Source: Gemmatimonadales bacterium (lineage in GTDB: Bacteria > Gemmatimonadota > Gemmatimonadetes > Gemmatimonadales > GWC2-71-9). From it: a DNA stretch of 64,000 nt. The DNA lies in NCBI GenBank assembly GCA_035538515.1, contig DATLKF010000032.1, forward strand, positions 36,073 to 100,072, written 5' to 3'. A program made the translations under genes and the position numbers. The notes beneath the pieces are model-generated. The model was not told the origin of the DNA and searched no databases. It worked only from the letters and a program-made list of their open reading frames with translations. Below are positions 37,547 to 46,315 of this stretch, one piece after another (the stretch's first letter is position 1; every line of letters begins with the position of its first letter).

Positions 37547-38023
37547 ATGAGAGTCGGCGTCATCTCCGACACTCATGGGTTGCTGCGGCCCGAGGTGCTC
37601 GACGTCTTCGCGAAAGTCGATCACATTCTGCACGCCGGCGACGTCGGGGACGCTCAGATCCTGATCGAGCTCGCGGCGGTCGCGTCGCTCACTGCCGTAT
37701 ACGGTAACGCAGATCCTCCGGACATCCGGGCGCGGCTGCCGCAAGTCGCGAGCATCGAACTCGACGGGTTCGCGATCGTGGTGACGCACGGCGACCAGCT
37801 CGGGCATCCGACTCCCGCCAAGCTGCACGAAGCGTTTCCGCGCGCCGAGATCATCGTGTACGGCCACACGCACAAACCGCTGCTCGAGCTGGTGGATCGA
37901 ACGGTGACAGTGATGAATCCCGGCGGGGCGGGCGTTGCGCGGTTCAATCTCAAGCCGTCCGTTGGAATCATGGAGCTCGAGCCCGGGATTCCGCCGCGGG
38001 CGAGGGTGGTGAAGCTGTTGTAA
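37547..38023 (+). CDS. YfcE/MJ0936-family metallophosphoesterase
   Basis: It carries MRVGVISDTHG, HAGDV and VYGHTHKP. The protein is 158 aa. Confidence 0.8.
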   Translation: MRVGVISDTHGLLRPEVLDVFAKVDHILHAGDVGDAQILIELAAVASLTAVYGNADPPDIRARLPQVASIELDGFAIVVTHGDQLGHPTPAKLHEAFPRAEIIVYGHTHKPLLELVDRTVTVMNPGGAGVARFNLKPSVGIMELEPGIPPRARVVKLL

Positions 38024-38174
38024 GGCGATGGGCGGCTGCAGTGATCCGAGGCGCGACAGCTGTGGCGCCGGCGCCTGCTTGACGGCGCGGCCTCAGGTGC
38101 GTGTTCAGCAGTCGTTTCAAAGGGCACCCGTCTTGCGCCGCACCTCACTCAACCCCTACCTCAAAGTCTCCCCG

Positions 38175-39056
38175 ATGGGTCGCGCCCTCTCGGCATCCCT
38201 CACTCTCGTGTCCCTCGGCGTTCTGGAATCCTGTCATCGCGACGAGGTGACCGCGCCACACGCGGCGTCGAGGATCGCCTTCGTGAGCGACCGGGACCGC
38301 AGGGCCGGTGACATCTACGTGATGAGTGCGGATGGATCGGCTCCCACGCGGCTGACCAACACGGTCACGCAGCTCACAGGCGCGTTCAGCAACACCGAGC
38401 CCAGCTGGTCGCCCGACGGTACGCGGATCGCGTTCACGAACGCGCATCGTGTGTTCGCCACGGAGCTCGACATTAACATCTGGCTCATGAATGCCGATGG
38501 ATCGGCCCAGCGCAGCTGACTCATGAATTTCGTACAAATATCGGAGACCAGCACCCGACGTGGTCACCCGACGGCCTGAGAATCGCTTTCAACAGCATTG
38601 CGGTGCTTATCAACGTCATCAACGCCGATGGAACGGGGGAGGTGACGCTGACGCCGCTCACAGCCGATGTCCGCCCAGAAACAACCCAGCTGGTCGCCGG
38701 ACGGAAGCCGCATTGCGTTCAGCAACCTTGTCCAGGTCTACATGATGAATGCTGACGGATCAGCCCAGACACAGCTGACGAACAGTTCGGGCTTCAATCG
38801 GAACCCGGCGTGGTCCCCAGACGGAGGGCAGATTGCGTTCCAGACCGACCGGGACGGCAACAACGAGATTTACGTGATGAACGCAGACGGATCGGCCCCA
38901 CTGAACCTGACGAATAATCCGGCCAGCGACGAGCAGCCCAGCTGGTCACACGCAACCAGCGTCTGCAAAGACCACGGTCGGCAGAAGGGCTCCGCGGGGC
39001 CAAACGATCCTGACTGCCACCCTGAGAAGGACAAGACCCCCGACTTGGCGCCCTGA
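38175..39056 (+). pseudogene. PD40 (TolB-like beta-propeller) lipoprotein gene disrupted by two frameshifts
   Basis: The lipoprotein-like start MGRALSASLTLVSLGVLESC and PD40 repeats run in frame 0 to the stop at 38517. The repeat continues in frame 2 (38516-~38680: LTHEFRTNIGDQHPTWSPDGLRIAFNS...VINADGTGEVTLT). It then returns to frame 0 (PSWSPDGSRIAF... from ~38685). Confidence 0.6.
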
Positions 39057-39087
39057 GGCTGCCCAGCGCGATTGCTGCGTGTGCGCA

Positions 39088-39127
39088 ACGCCCGGCGGCG
39101 CGGCACCCTGCGCCGGCGGGCGTTTTA
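39088..39127 (+). terminator. Rho-independent terminator
   Basis: The stem 39088-39101 acgcccggcggcgc pairs with 39110-39123 gcgccggcgggcgt (13 of 14 bp). The loop is ggcaccct, followed by a T-run tttt(a). Confidence 0.6.
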
Positions 39128-39185
39128 GTACGGGCATTGGACTTGCGACTCCACCAAGTCGACCCAAGGGAGTCGAGCTCGCTCC

Positions 39186-41789
39186 GTGCGCCGTCTCGTC
39201 ACCGCAGCGCTGCTGCTGGCCCTCACGCTGGTCCCGCAGGCGTGTCACCAGGATGACGTGCTGGCGCCGCACCTGACCAAGATCAAGGCGCAGCTCGGCT
39301 CCAGCCTTACCTACAAGGTTGCCTTCGAGAGTCGGGGCGACGTCTACGTGACGAACCCCGACGGCTCACAAGCGCGGCTGACGACCAGCTCCGGTCGGGA
39401 GCCCGCGTGGTCGCCCGACGGGCAACGGATCGCGTTTTCGAGCGGGCGGGACGGCCACCCGGAGATCTATCTGATGATGGCCGGCGGCTCGACGCAAACG
39501 CGGTTGACGTACACCGCGAGCGCCGTCTACTACCCGGGGTCTCCGACCTGGTCGCCCGACGGCAGCAAGATCGCCTTCTCGAAGGACGGGCACATCTTTG
39601 TGATCAGGGCCGATGGATCCGGCCTGACCCAGCTGACCAGCGGCGCATCATTCGACGATTCTCCAAATTGGTCTCCCGACGGAGGCCTGATCGCCTTCTC
39701 GAGCGACCGGGTCAACTTCAACCACGACATCTACGTGATGAACGCCGATGGATCCGGCCCGACGCGCTTGACGGACGATCCAGGGTGGGACGGCGAACCC
39801 AGCTGGTCGCCCGACGGCAAACGGATCGCGTTCACGAGCTTTAGGGACGACAGCTACGAGATCTACGTAATGAACGCCGACGGATCGGGCCAGACGCGCC
39901 TGACCAACGATCCGGCCTGGGATGGCCAGCCCAGCTGGTCCCCCGACGGACGGCAAATCGCGTTCGCGACGTACCGCGCGTCCATCAACGGCGATGTCTA
40001 CTTGATCAACGCGGATGGTTCCGAGCCGACGCGGCTGACGTACAACCTGGCAGGTGCTCTGAATCCGAGTTGGTCTCCCACCCACGAGCCCGGAAAACGC
40101 TCGCTGACCTTCGCCACGCAACCCTCGGAGACTGTCGCGGTGAATGACGCGCTGTCACCGCCGGTCCGCGTCGCGGTGGTCGACTCGCTCGGCCACCCGG
40201 TGCCGGGCGCGACCGACACGGTGACGCTCGAGCTCGGGACCAACTTGACCGGGGCGACCTTGCGAGGCACCACGAAGGTCGCGGCGGTGGACGGTGTCGC
40301 CACCTTCGGCGACTTGCGACTCGACCGGCTGGGGCGCGCCTACACACTCGCTGCCAGGGTTCCGTCGCTGAATGGGGTGGAGAGCCACCCCTTTACCGTG
40401 ACCTCGGCGGTGCGCCTGGTCTTCGTCGGCCAGCCTCCACAGGCCGTCGCAGCGAATGGGGTCTTGTCGCCTCCCGTGCGGGTCGCACTGGTGGACGCGT
40501 CCGGCAACCCCCTGCCGGGCGCGGCGGATACCGTGACCTTGGCACTCTCCGCCAACCCGAGCGCCGCCGCGCTCCAAGGAACCACGAGCGTTGCGGCCCA
40601 GGGCGGGATTGCGACGTTCGCCGACTTGCGCGTCGACCGCCCCGGCGACGGCTTCACGCTCGGCGCCACGGCGGCCGGGCGTAACCCGGCGACGAGTACA
40701 GCGTTCGCGGCGCACGTGACGTTCGCCTCCGTGGAGGCCGGGGGGGCACACTCCTGCAGCGTGACCACGAGTGGCGCGGCGTACTGCTGGGGGAGCAGCT
40801 CGTGGGGCGAAGCGGGCGACGGGAGCCAGTCGAGGCCCAACTACCGGACGAGCCCCGCGCTGGTCGTGGGCGGGCTGGACTTCGCGATGGTGAGCGTCGG
40901 CGGTGCGCACACGTGTGGCGTGACCACGTCCGGCGCGGGGTACTGCTGGGGGTTCGGATACTGGGGCCAGCGCGGGGACGGCGGTCTCGGCCAGTCGCGC
41001 GCCATGCCGACGCCGGTCGCGGGTGCGCTCGTCTTCGCCTCGATCAGCGCAGGCGGTAATCACACGTGTGGCGTCACCACACGGAAGAGAGTCTACTGCT
41101 GGGGACAAAACATCTTCGGCCAGCTCGGGGACGGGCAGATCAATACGCGAAGCTTCAGCGCGACTCCGGTACGCGCCCTGGCCAGCTCCCACTTCGCGAT
41201 GATCAGTTCGGGGACCGCGCACACCTGCGGCGTGACGGTCTCTGGCAGGGCGTCCTGTTGGGGCGCGAATGCCTCCGGCCAGCTCGGCGACGGCACCACC
41301 AGCGACCGGTCCGTACCGGCTCCCGTCGTGGCCGGAGTCAGGTTTACCACGCTGAGCGCGGGAGGTAGCCACACGTGCGGCCTCACCACAAGCGGTACGG
41401 CGTACTGCTGGGGGGACAACAGCTATGGACAGCTCGGCGACGGGACCCCCACTCAGCGGCTGAGGCCGGTCTCGGTAGCGGGCGGGCTGACCTTTACCAC
41501 GATCCGTGCCGGGGATAGGCACACGTGCGCCGTTACGGCGAGCGGCGCCGCGTACTGCTGGGGCTACAATGCGGACGGTCGGCTCGGCGATGGCACGACC
41601 ACTCAGCAGCTGACGCCAGTGCTCGTTGCGGGAGGCCTCGGCTTCACGGCGATTCGTGCCGGGACGAGCTATACCTGTGGCATCGTGAGCGGCGGCGGTG
41701 GGGCATACTGCTGGGGAGACAATGCGACGGGCCAGCTCGGCACCGGCACCCAGACCGTGAGCCTCACGCCTGCACGAGTGGTGCAATAG
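39186..41789 (+). CDS. Large lipoprotein: PD40 beta-propeller + two Ig-like domains + 7-bladed RCC1-like propeller
   Basis: The start is GTG, with the lipobox LTLVPQAC. WSPDG repeats occur at aa 75, 122, 162, 207 and 251 (and a degenerate one at 296). Two ~100-aa paralogous modules span aa 306-406 and 408-511 (SPPVRVAVVDSLGHPVPGATDTVTL / SPPVRVALVDASGNPLPGAADTVTL). There are seven HTCGVT..G..YCWG..GQLGDG repeats. Confidence 0.8.
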   Translation: MRRLVTAALLLALTLVPQACHQDDVLAPHLTKIKAQLGSSLTYKVAFESRGDVYVTNPDGSQARLTTSSGREPAWSPDGQRIAFSSGRDGHPEIYLMMAGGSTQTRLTYTASAVYYPGSPTWSPDGSKIAFSKDGHIFVIRADGSGLTQLTSGASFDDSPNWSPDGGLIAFSSDRVNFNHDIYVMNADGSGPTRLTDDPGWDGEPSWSPDGKRIAFTSFRDDSYEIYVMNADGSGQTRLTNDPAWDGQPSWSPDGRQIAFATYRASINGDVYLINADGSEPTRLTYNLAGALNPSWSPTHEPGKRSLTFATQPSETVAVNDALSPPVRVAVVDSLGHPVPGATDTVTLELGTNLTGATLRGTTKVAAVDGVATFGDLRLDRLGRAYTLAARVPSLNGVESHPFTVTSAVRLVFVGQPPQAVAANGVLSPPVRVALVDASGNPLPGAADTVTLALSANPSAAALQGTTSVAAQGGIATFADLRVDRPGDGFTLGATAAGRNPATSTAFAAHVTFASVEAGGAHSCSVTTSGAAYCWGSSSWGEAGDGSQSRPNYRTSPALVVGGLDFAMVSVGGAHTCGVTTSGAGYCWGFGYWGQRGDGGLGQSRAMPTPVAGALVFASISAGGNHTCGVTTRKRVYCWGQNIFGQLGDGQINTRSFSATPVRALASSHFAMISSGTAHTCGVTVSGRASCWGANASGQLGDGTTSDRSVPAPVVAGVRFTTLSAGGSHTCGLTTSGTAYCWGDNSYGQLGDGTPTQRLRPVSVAGGLTFTTIRAGDRHTCAVTASGAAYCWGYNADGRLGDGTTTQQLTPVLVAGGLGFTAIRAGTSYTCGIVSGGGGAYCWGDNATGQLGTGTQTVSLTPARVVQ

Positions 41790-41802
41790 GCGTGAATCGT
41801 CG

Positions 41803-42630
41803 TTACCGCTGGCAGCTCGGACAGAACGTGGTCGCGCGGAGATCGATCGTGTGCGTGGTCACGAGCTTCTTGCCGCAGGTGACGCAGCGCTCGCCACCGC
41901 GGCCGTACACCTTCAGCTCGAACTGAAACCGTCCCGGCTCGCCCACACCCGTCCGATAGTCGCGCACCGTCGTCCCCGACGAGCTCACGGCGCGCTCCAG
42001 CACATCCGTCACGGCCGCGTGGAGCCGCGCAAACTCGTCCAGCGACAGCTTGCTCGTCGGCTTCGAGGGATCGATCCCGGCCTGGAATAGCGCTTCGTTG
42101 GCGTAGATGTTGCCGACCCCCGCCACCCGGCGCTGGTCCATGATGCTCTTCTTGATCGCGGCGCGCGTGCCGTGCAGCCGCTCGGCGAATACGAACGGGG
42201 TGAACGTCTCGTCTAGCGGCTCGGGACCGATCCGGCTGGTGTAGCCGGCCCACCCCTTCTCGTCGAGCAGCCACACCGTGCCGAGGCGGCGCACGTCGCG
42301 GTACACGAAGAGCTGGCCGTCTTCGAGCGTGCAGATGAGGACCGCGTACTTCGCCTCGTCCTTGGTGAGCGGCCGGTCGTAGACCACGAGTGAGCCGGTC
42401 ATGCGCGGCTGCACCACCAGCCGGTGACCGCTCGTGAGTCGGAACACCGCATGCTTGGCTCGCCGGGTCACCTCCTCGAAGCCATTGCCGCGCAACGTCC
42501 GGAGCAGGCGGGCCTTCGAGACCCGCCGCAACACGTCGCTCTTCGCGAGCCGGGCGCGCGCGATCCGAAATCCTTCGAGCCGGGGTGCCAGCTCCCGGAC
42601 GATCGTCTCAACCTCGGGCAGCTCCGGCAC
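41803..42630 (-). CDS. mutM: Formamidopyrimidine-DNA glycosylase
   Basis: It has N-terminal MPELPEVE and the C-terminal zinc finger CVTCGKKL...FCPSCQR. Confidence 0.9.
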   Translation of the reverse strand: MPELPEVETIVRELAPRLEGFRIARARLAKSDVLRRVSKARLLRTLRGNGFEEVTRRAKHAVFRLTSGHRLVVQPRMTGSLVVYDRPLTKDEAKYAVLICTLEDGQLFVYRDVRRLGTVWLLDEKGWAGYTSRIGPEPLDETFTPFVFAERLHGTRAAIKKSIMDQRRVAGVGNIYANEALFQAGIDPSKPTSKLSLDEFARLHAAVTDVLERAVSSSGTTVRDYRTGVGEPGRFQFELKVYGRGGERCVTCGKKLVTTHTIDLRATTFCPSCQR

Positions 42631-43912
42631 GCGCCCCCCTCCCGTCCCTGATCTCGCGCCAACCGATATCCCGGCGGTAGGTCTTGCCCGGAAACGTGAT
42701 CAGCTCGCAGGCGTCACTGCTCTTGTGCGCGGCCTCCACCAGCGTGTCGCCGAGCCCAGTGACGGTGAGCACCCGGCCGCCGCGCACGTGAAGCGCACCC
42801 TGGTCGTCGCGCTCCGTCCCCGCGTGGAACACCAGCGTTCCGGCTTCGACGTCGCGCGGGATGACGACGGTCGCGCCTACTTGAGGCTTGTCGGGATACC
42901 CAGTGGCGGCGAGAACCACGGCGACGGCGGCGCGAGCCGCGGTGAGCGCGGTCTGCTCGGGCTGCCACGTGCCCGCCGCGATCTCCGCGACATGCCGCAT
43001 CACCCCGGGGAGCACCGGCAGCAACGCCTGCGCCTCCGGGTCGCCGAACCGGCAGTTGAACTCGAGCACCGAGAGCGTGCCGTCCGTCGCGAGCATCAGG
43101 CCCGCGTAGAGCACTCCCTGAAACGGCGCGCCCAGCGCCGCCAGTTCGCGTATCGCCGGCTCGAGCACTTCGCGCCGCACCCGCTGCAGCAGGCCCGGCG
43201 TGGCGGTGCTCACCGGGCAATAGGCGCCCATCCCTCCGGTGTTGGGTCCGGTGTCTCCCTCCCCCAGTCGCTTGTGGTCCTGCGCGGCGGGGAGGAGCAC
43301 GAGACGCTCACCGTCCGTGAGCGCCAGCACCGAAAGCTCTTCCCCCTTCAAGAAGTCCTCGATCACGATCTCGCGACCGGCGTCGCCGAACGCGCCGTCG
43401 GCGAGCATGGCGCGCGCCGCGCGGGTCGCGTCGGTGCGTCGCGCGCACACGACCGCGCCCTTGCCGGCGGCGAGGCCCGACGCCTTGACCACCATGGGCT
43501 CGGGGTGCCGGGCGATAAACGCGAGCGCCGGGTCCAACGCGGTGAAGGTACGGCTCGGCGCGGTCGGAATCTTCGCGCGTCGCATCACGTCCTTCGCGAA
43601 CGCTTTGGACGACTCGATCCGGGCGGCCGCCGCGCTCGGTCCGAATACGGGATAGTCTCGCGCCCGCAAGGCGTCGGCGAGTCCGGCAGCAAGTGGCGCT
43701 TCCGGGCCTACGATCGTGAGGTCGATGTGGTTGGCCTTCACAGCCTCCACAACCTCCTCACTCTTCACGACGTCGATGTTCAGATTGGTGCCAAGCTGAG
43801 CGGTGCCGGGGTTGCCCGGTGCGGCGAACAACGTCGCGTCGGGGGTGTCGCGTTTCAGCGCCCAGCACAGCGCGTGCTCGCGACCGCCCCCCCCGACGAC
43901 CAGGACTCTCAC
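42608..43912 (-). CDS. purD: Phosphoribosylamine--glycine ligase
   Basis: It has MRVLVVGGGGREHAL and the ATP-grasp pattern. The protein is 434 aa. Confidence 0.93.
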   Translation of the reverse strand: MRVLVVGGGGREHALCWALKRDTPDATLFAAPGNPGTAQLGTNLNIDVVKSEEVVEAVKANHIDLTIVGPEAPLAAGLADALRARDYPVFGPSAAAARIESSKAFAKDVMRRAKIPTAPSRTFTALDPALAFIARHPEPMVVKASGLAAGKGAVVCARRTDATRAARAMLADGAFGDAGREIVIEDFLKGEELSVLALTDGERLVLLPAAQDHKRLGEGDTGPNTGGMGAYCPVSTATPGLLQRVRREVLEPAIRELAALGAPFQGVLYAGLMLATDGTLSVLEFNCRFGDPEAQALLPVLPGVMRHVAEIAAGTWQPEQTALTAARAAVAVVLAATGYPDKPQVGATVVIPRDVEAGTLVFHAGTERDDQGALHVRGGRVLTVTGLGDTLVEAAHKSSDACELITFPGKTYRRDIGWREIRDGRGARAGAARG

Positions 43913-44904
43913 TTCTTCTTGAACGCCTCCGTGAACGCCTGGGCGGCGCGCTTGGCGCTGTCCACCACGTCGTCCACGACGGCCCTGGCTTCCCTCATGT
44001 AGTGTTCGCGCGCTTCGTCGACGTCTTTCTCGATGGGCCGCTGCTCGGCGTCAGGTCCGCGGCGCGTGTACTCGCCTCCCAGGATGCGCTCGTAATTCCC
44101 ACCCTGGATCCAGCGCTGCAGCTCGGCCGCGCGGAGGGTGTTGAACGGATGTGACTGCGGCAGGGTGTTGAGAATCTTGAACACGCGGTCGATGGCGCCG
44201 CCCGACTCCTCGTACTCCTTCGCCTGCTCGAGATAGGTGTCGAGGTCCATCTGCTTCATGTCGCCGCCGCCCGCCATCTTGAGGAACATCCGCATCGAGG
44301 CGGCGGGATCCTGCGCGGCCAGGAGGCCCGCGCGGTCGGAGGAGAGCTCGCTCTTACGATACCACTCGAGCAGCGCGAACTCGATCGGCGCGAGCACGAT
44401 CCCCGTCAGGAAAGGCAGGAAGTTCATCCCCACGAACACGATGAGCACCAGGATCGTGTGGTACAGCGCGTGGCCGCTCATCACGTGCCCGAGCTCATGG
44501 CCGAGCAGGACGCGCATCTCGTCGTCGTCGAGCAGGTTCAACGCCCCGGAGTTGATCACGATGAACGGACGCTCCATGCCGTACGCGCCCGCATTCACAA
44601 ACGGGGTTTGCGACACGAACAGCTCGGGACGCTCGGGCCAGTCGAGCGATGTGAGCACGTCGCTGTACAGGGCGTTCATCCGCGGGAATTGCGTGGGGCC
44701 GACGCGGACCGCGTTGGCCTGGAACAGCAGCCGGATGCCGCGCTCGCCGAAGAACCCGACGACCTTCTTCACGACCTGATCGAACCCGGGAACCGAGCGC
44801 AACGTCTGCAACGCCGCACGATCGGCGGGGTGCTCCCACGTCACCGGGGCGACCTGGGTGAGGATCTTGCGCGGCCTCGCGGCCGGAAGGGTGGACTCAG
44901 TCAT
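43909..44904 (-). CDS. M48-family zinc metalloprotease
   Basis: It has the HEXXH motif LLGHELGHVMSGH and hydrophobic segments after the motif. Confidence 0.8.
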   Translation of the reverse strand: MTESTLPAARPRKILTQVAPVTWEHPADRAALQTLRSVPGFDQVVKKVVGFFGERGIRLLFQANAVRVGPTQFPRMNALYSDVLTSLDWPERPELFVSQTPFVNAGAYGMERPFIVINSGALNLLDDDEMRVLLGHELGHVMSGHALYHTILVLIVFVGMNFLPFLTGIVLAPIEFALLEWYRKSELSSDRAGLLAAQDPAASMRMFLKMAGGGDMKQMDLDTYLEQAKEYEESGGAIDRVFKILNTLPQSHPFNTLRAAELQRWIQGGNYERILGGEYTRRGPDAEQRPIEKDVDEAREHYMREARAVVDDVVDSAKRAAQAFTEAFKKK

Positions 44905-44957
44905 GTGATGCTCCTGCCGAAAGATAGAACCCGCACTACGCTAACGGATCTGTGGTG

Positions 44958-45015
44958 TTTCGCGCGATCAGTAGTTTCGCGCCATCAGTAGGGGCGCAGC
45001 ATGCTGCGCCCCTAC
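44958..45015. repeat. 2 x 17-bp direct repeat followed by a 28-bp perfect palindrome
   Basis: The repeat is TTTCGCGCGATCAGTAG (44958-44974) / TTTCGCGCCATCAGTAG (44975-44991). The palindrome gtaggggcgcagcatgctgcgcccctac spans 44988-45015. Confidence 0.85.
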
Positions 45016-45108
45016 GCATACCAGGCTGCGCCCCTCCGCATTCTCGGCCCGGGTGCGTCCTTCAAGGACGCCCTGGCGCCGAGCCCGGGCTTCAGCCCGG
45101 GGAAACCC

Positions 45109-46278
45109 TCACGCCCCGTCCAGCGCCTGCTCCAGGTCGTCGATCAGATCTTCAACCTCCTCGATGCCCACCGAGAGCCGCACCAGACTGTCCGTCAGGC
45201 CCATGGCCCGGCGCATCTCGGGCGGGACGCTCGCGTGCGTCATCGAGGCCGGATGCCCGATCAGGCTCTCAACGCCGCCCAGCGATTCGGCGAGCGCGAA
45301 GATCCGCGTGCCCTCGGCGAACCGCTTCGCACGCTCGACCGAGCCGAGCTCAATCGAAATCATGCCGCCGAACCCCGCCATCTGGCGGCAGGCGAGGTCG
45401 TGCTGGGGGTGCGACGGCAGACCGGGATAGTAGACCCGCTCCACCTTGGGGTGCCGGGTGAGCCAGTCGGCGATGCGGCGGCCGTTGGCGTCGTGCTGCC
45501 GCATCCGCACCGCCAGCGTCTTGGTGCCGCGCAGGCACAGCCAGCAGTCGAAGGGACCCGGCACCGCGCCCACCGAGTTCTGCAGGAAGCCGATCCGCTC
45601 CGCGAGGTTGTCCCGGTTCACCACCAGCATCCCGCCCACCATATCGCTGTGCCCATTCAGGTACTTGGTGGTCGAGTGCAGCACTACGTCGGCGCCCAGC
45701 TCGAGCGGCCGTTGGAAACACGGGGTGGCGAACGTGTTGTCCACCACGAACAGCGCCCCGGTGCGGCGCGCGATCTCGCCGGCGGCGGCGAGGTCGCACA
45801 GCCGCATCATGGGATTGGTGGGCGTCTCGGCGTAGATCATCTTGGTGCGCGGCGTCACCGCCGCCGCGATGTTGGCGGTCTCGGCGGCGTCCACGAACGT
45901 GAACCTGACGCCGAACGGCGTCCAGATCCGCGTCATCTGGCGGTGCGAGCCGCCGTACAGATTCTCGCTGCTCACCACCTCGTCGCCGGGGGACAGCAGC
46001 TTGAGGACGGCGTCCAGCGCGGCCAGTCCCGACGCGAAGGCGAAGCCGTGACGCCCGCCTTCGAGGGCGGCGATGTTGCGCTCGAGCACCTCGCGCGTGG
46101 GGTTGCGAGTGCGAGCATACTCGTACCCCTTGTGCCGACCCAGCCCGTCTTGGATGTACGTCGACGTCTGATAGATGGGCGTCATGACGGCGCCCGCGAG
46201 CGGATCCGCGATGTGACCGGCGTGCACGGCGCGGGTTCCCAAGCGCGACTTGAGGTCGTCGCCCGATACCTGACTCAT
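45109..46278 (-). CDS. Cys/Met-metabolism PLP-dependent enzyme (cystathionine gamma-synthase/beta-lyase family)
   Basis: The PLP-lysine motif HSTTKYLNGHSDMVGG is present. The protein is 389 aa. Confidence 0.85.
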   Translation of the reverse strand: MSQVSGDDLKSRLGTRAVHAGHIADPLAGAVMTPIYQTSTYIQDGLGRHKGYEYARTRNPTREVLERNIAALEGGRHGFAFASGLAALDAVLKLLSPGDEVVSSENLYGGSHRQMTRIWTPFGVRFTFVDAAETANIAAAVTPRTKMIYAETPTNPMMRLCDLAAAGEIARRTGALFVVDNTFATPCFQRPLELGADVVLHSTTKYLNGHSDMVGGMLVVNRDNLAERIGFLQNSVGAVPGPFDCWLCLRGTKTLAVRMRQHDANGRRIADWLTRHPKVERVYYPGLPSHPQHDLACRQMAGFGGMISIELGSVERAKRFAEGTRIFALAESLGGVESLIGHPASMTHASVPPEMRRAMGLTDSLVRLSVGIEEVEDLIDDLEQALDGA

Positions 46279-46284
46279 GGCGTG

Positions 46285-46306
46285 AACGTAAAGGTGCCTT
46301 TACGTT
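46285..46306. promoter_or_regulatory. Candidate operator: 10-2-10 perfect palindrome AACGTAAAGG-TG-CCTTTACGTT
   Basis: It lies in the 37-bp divergent spacer between the metB-family start (46278) and the REC-HD-GYP start (46316). It is locally AT-rich in a high-GC genome. Confidence 0.4.
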
Positions 46307-46315
46307 AAGCGCAAC

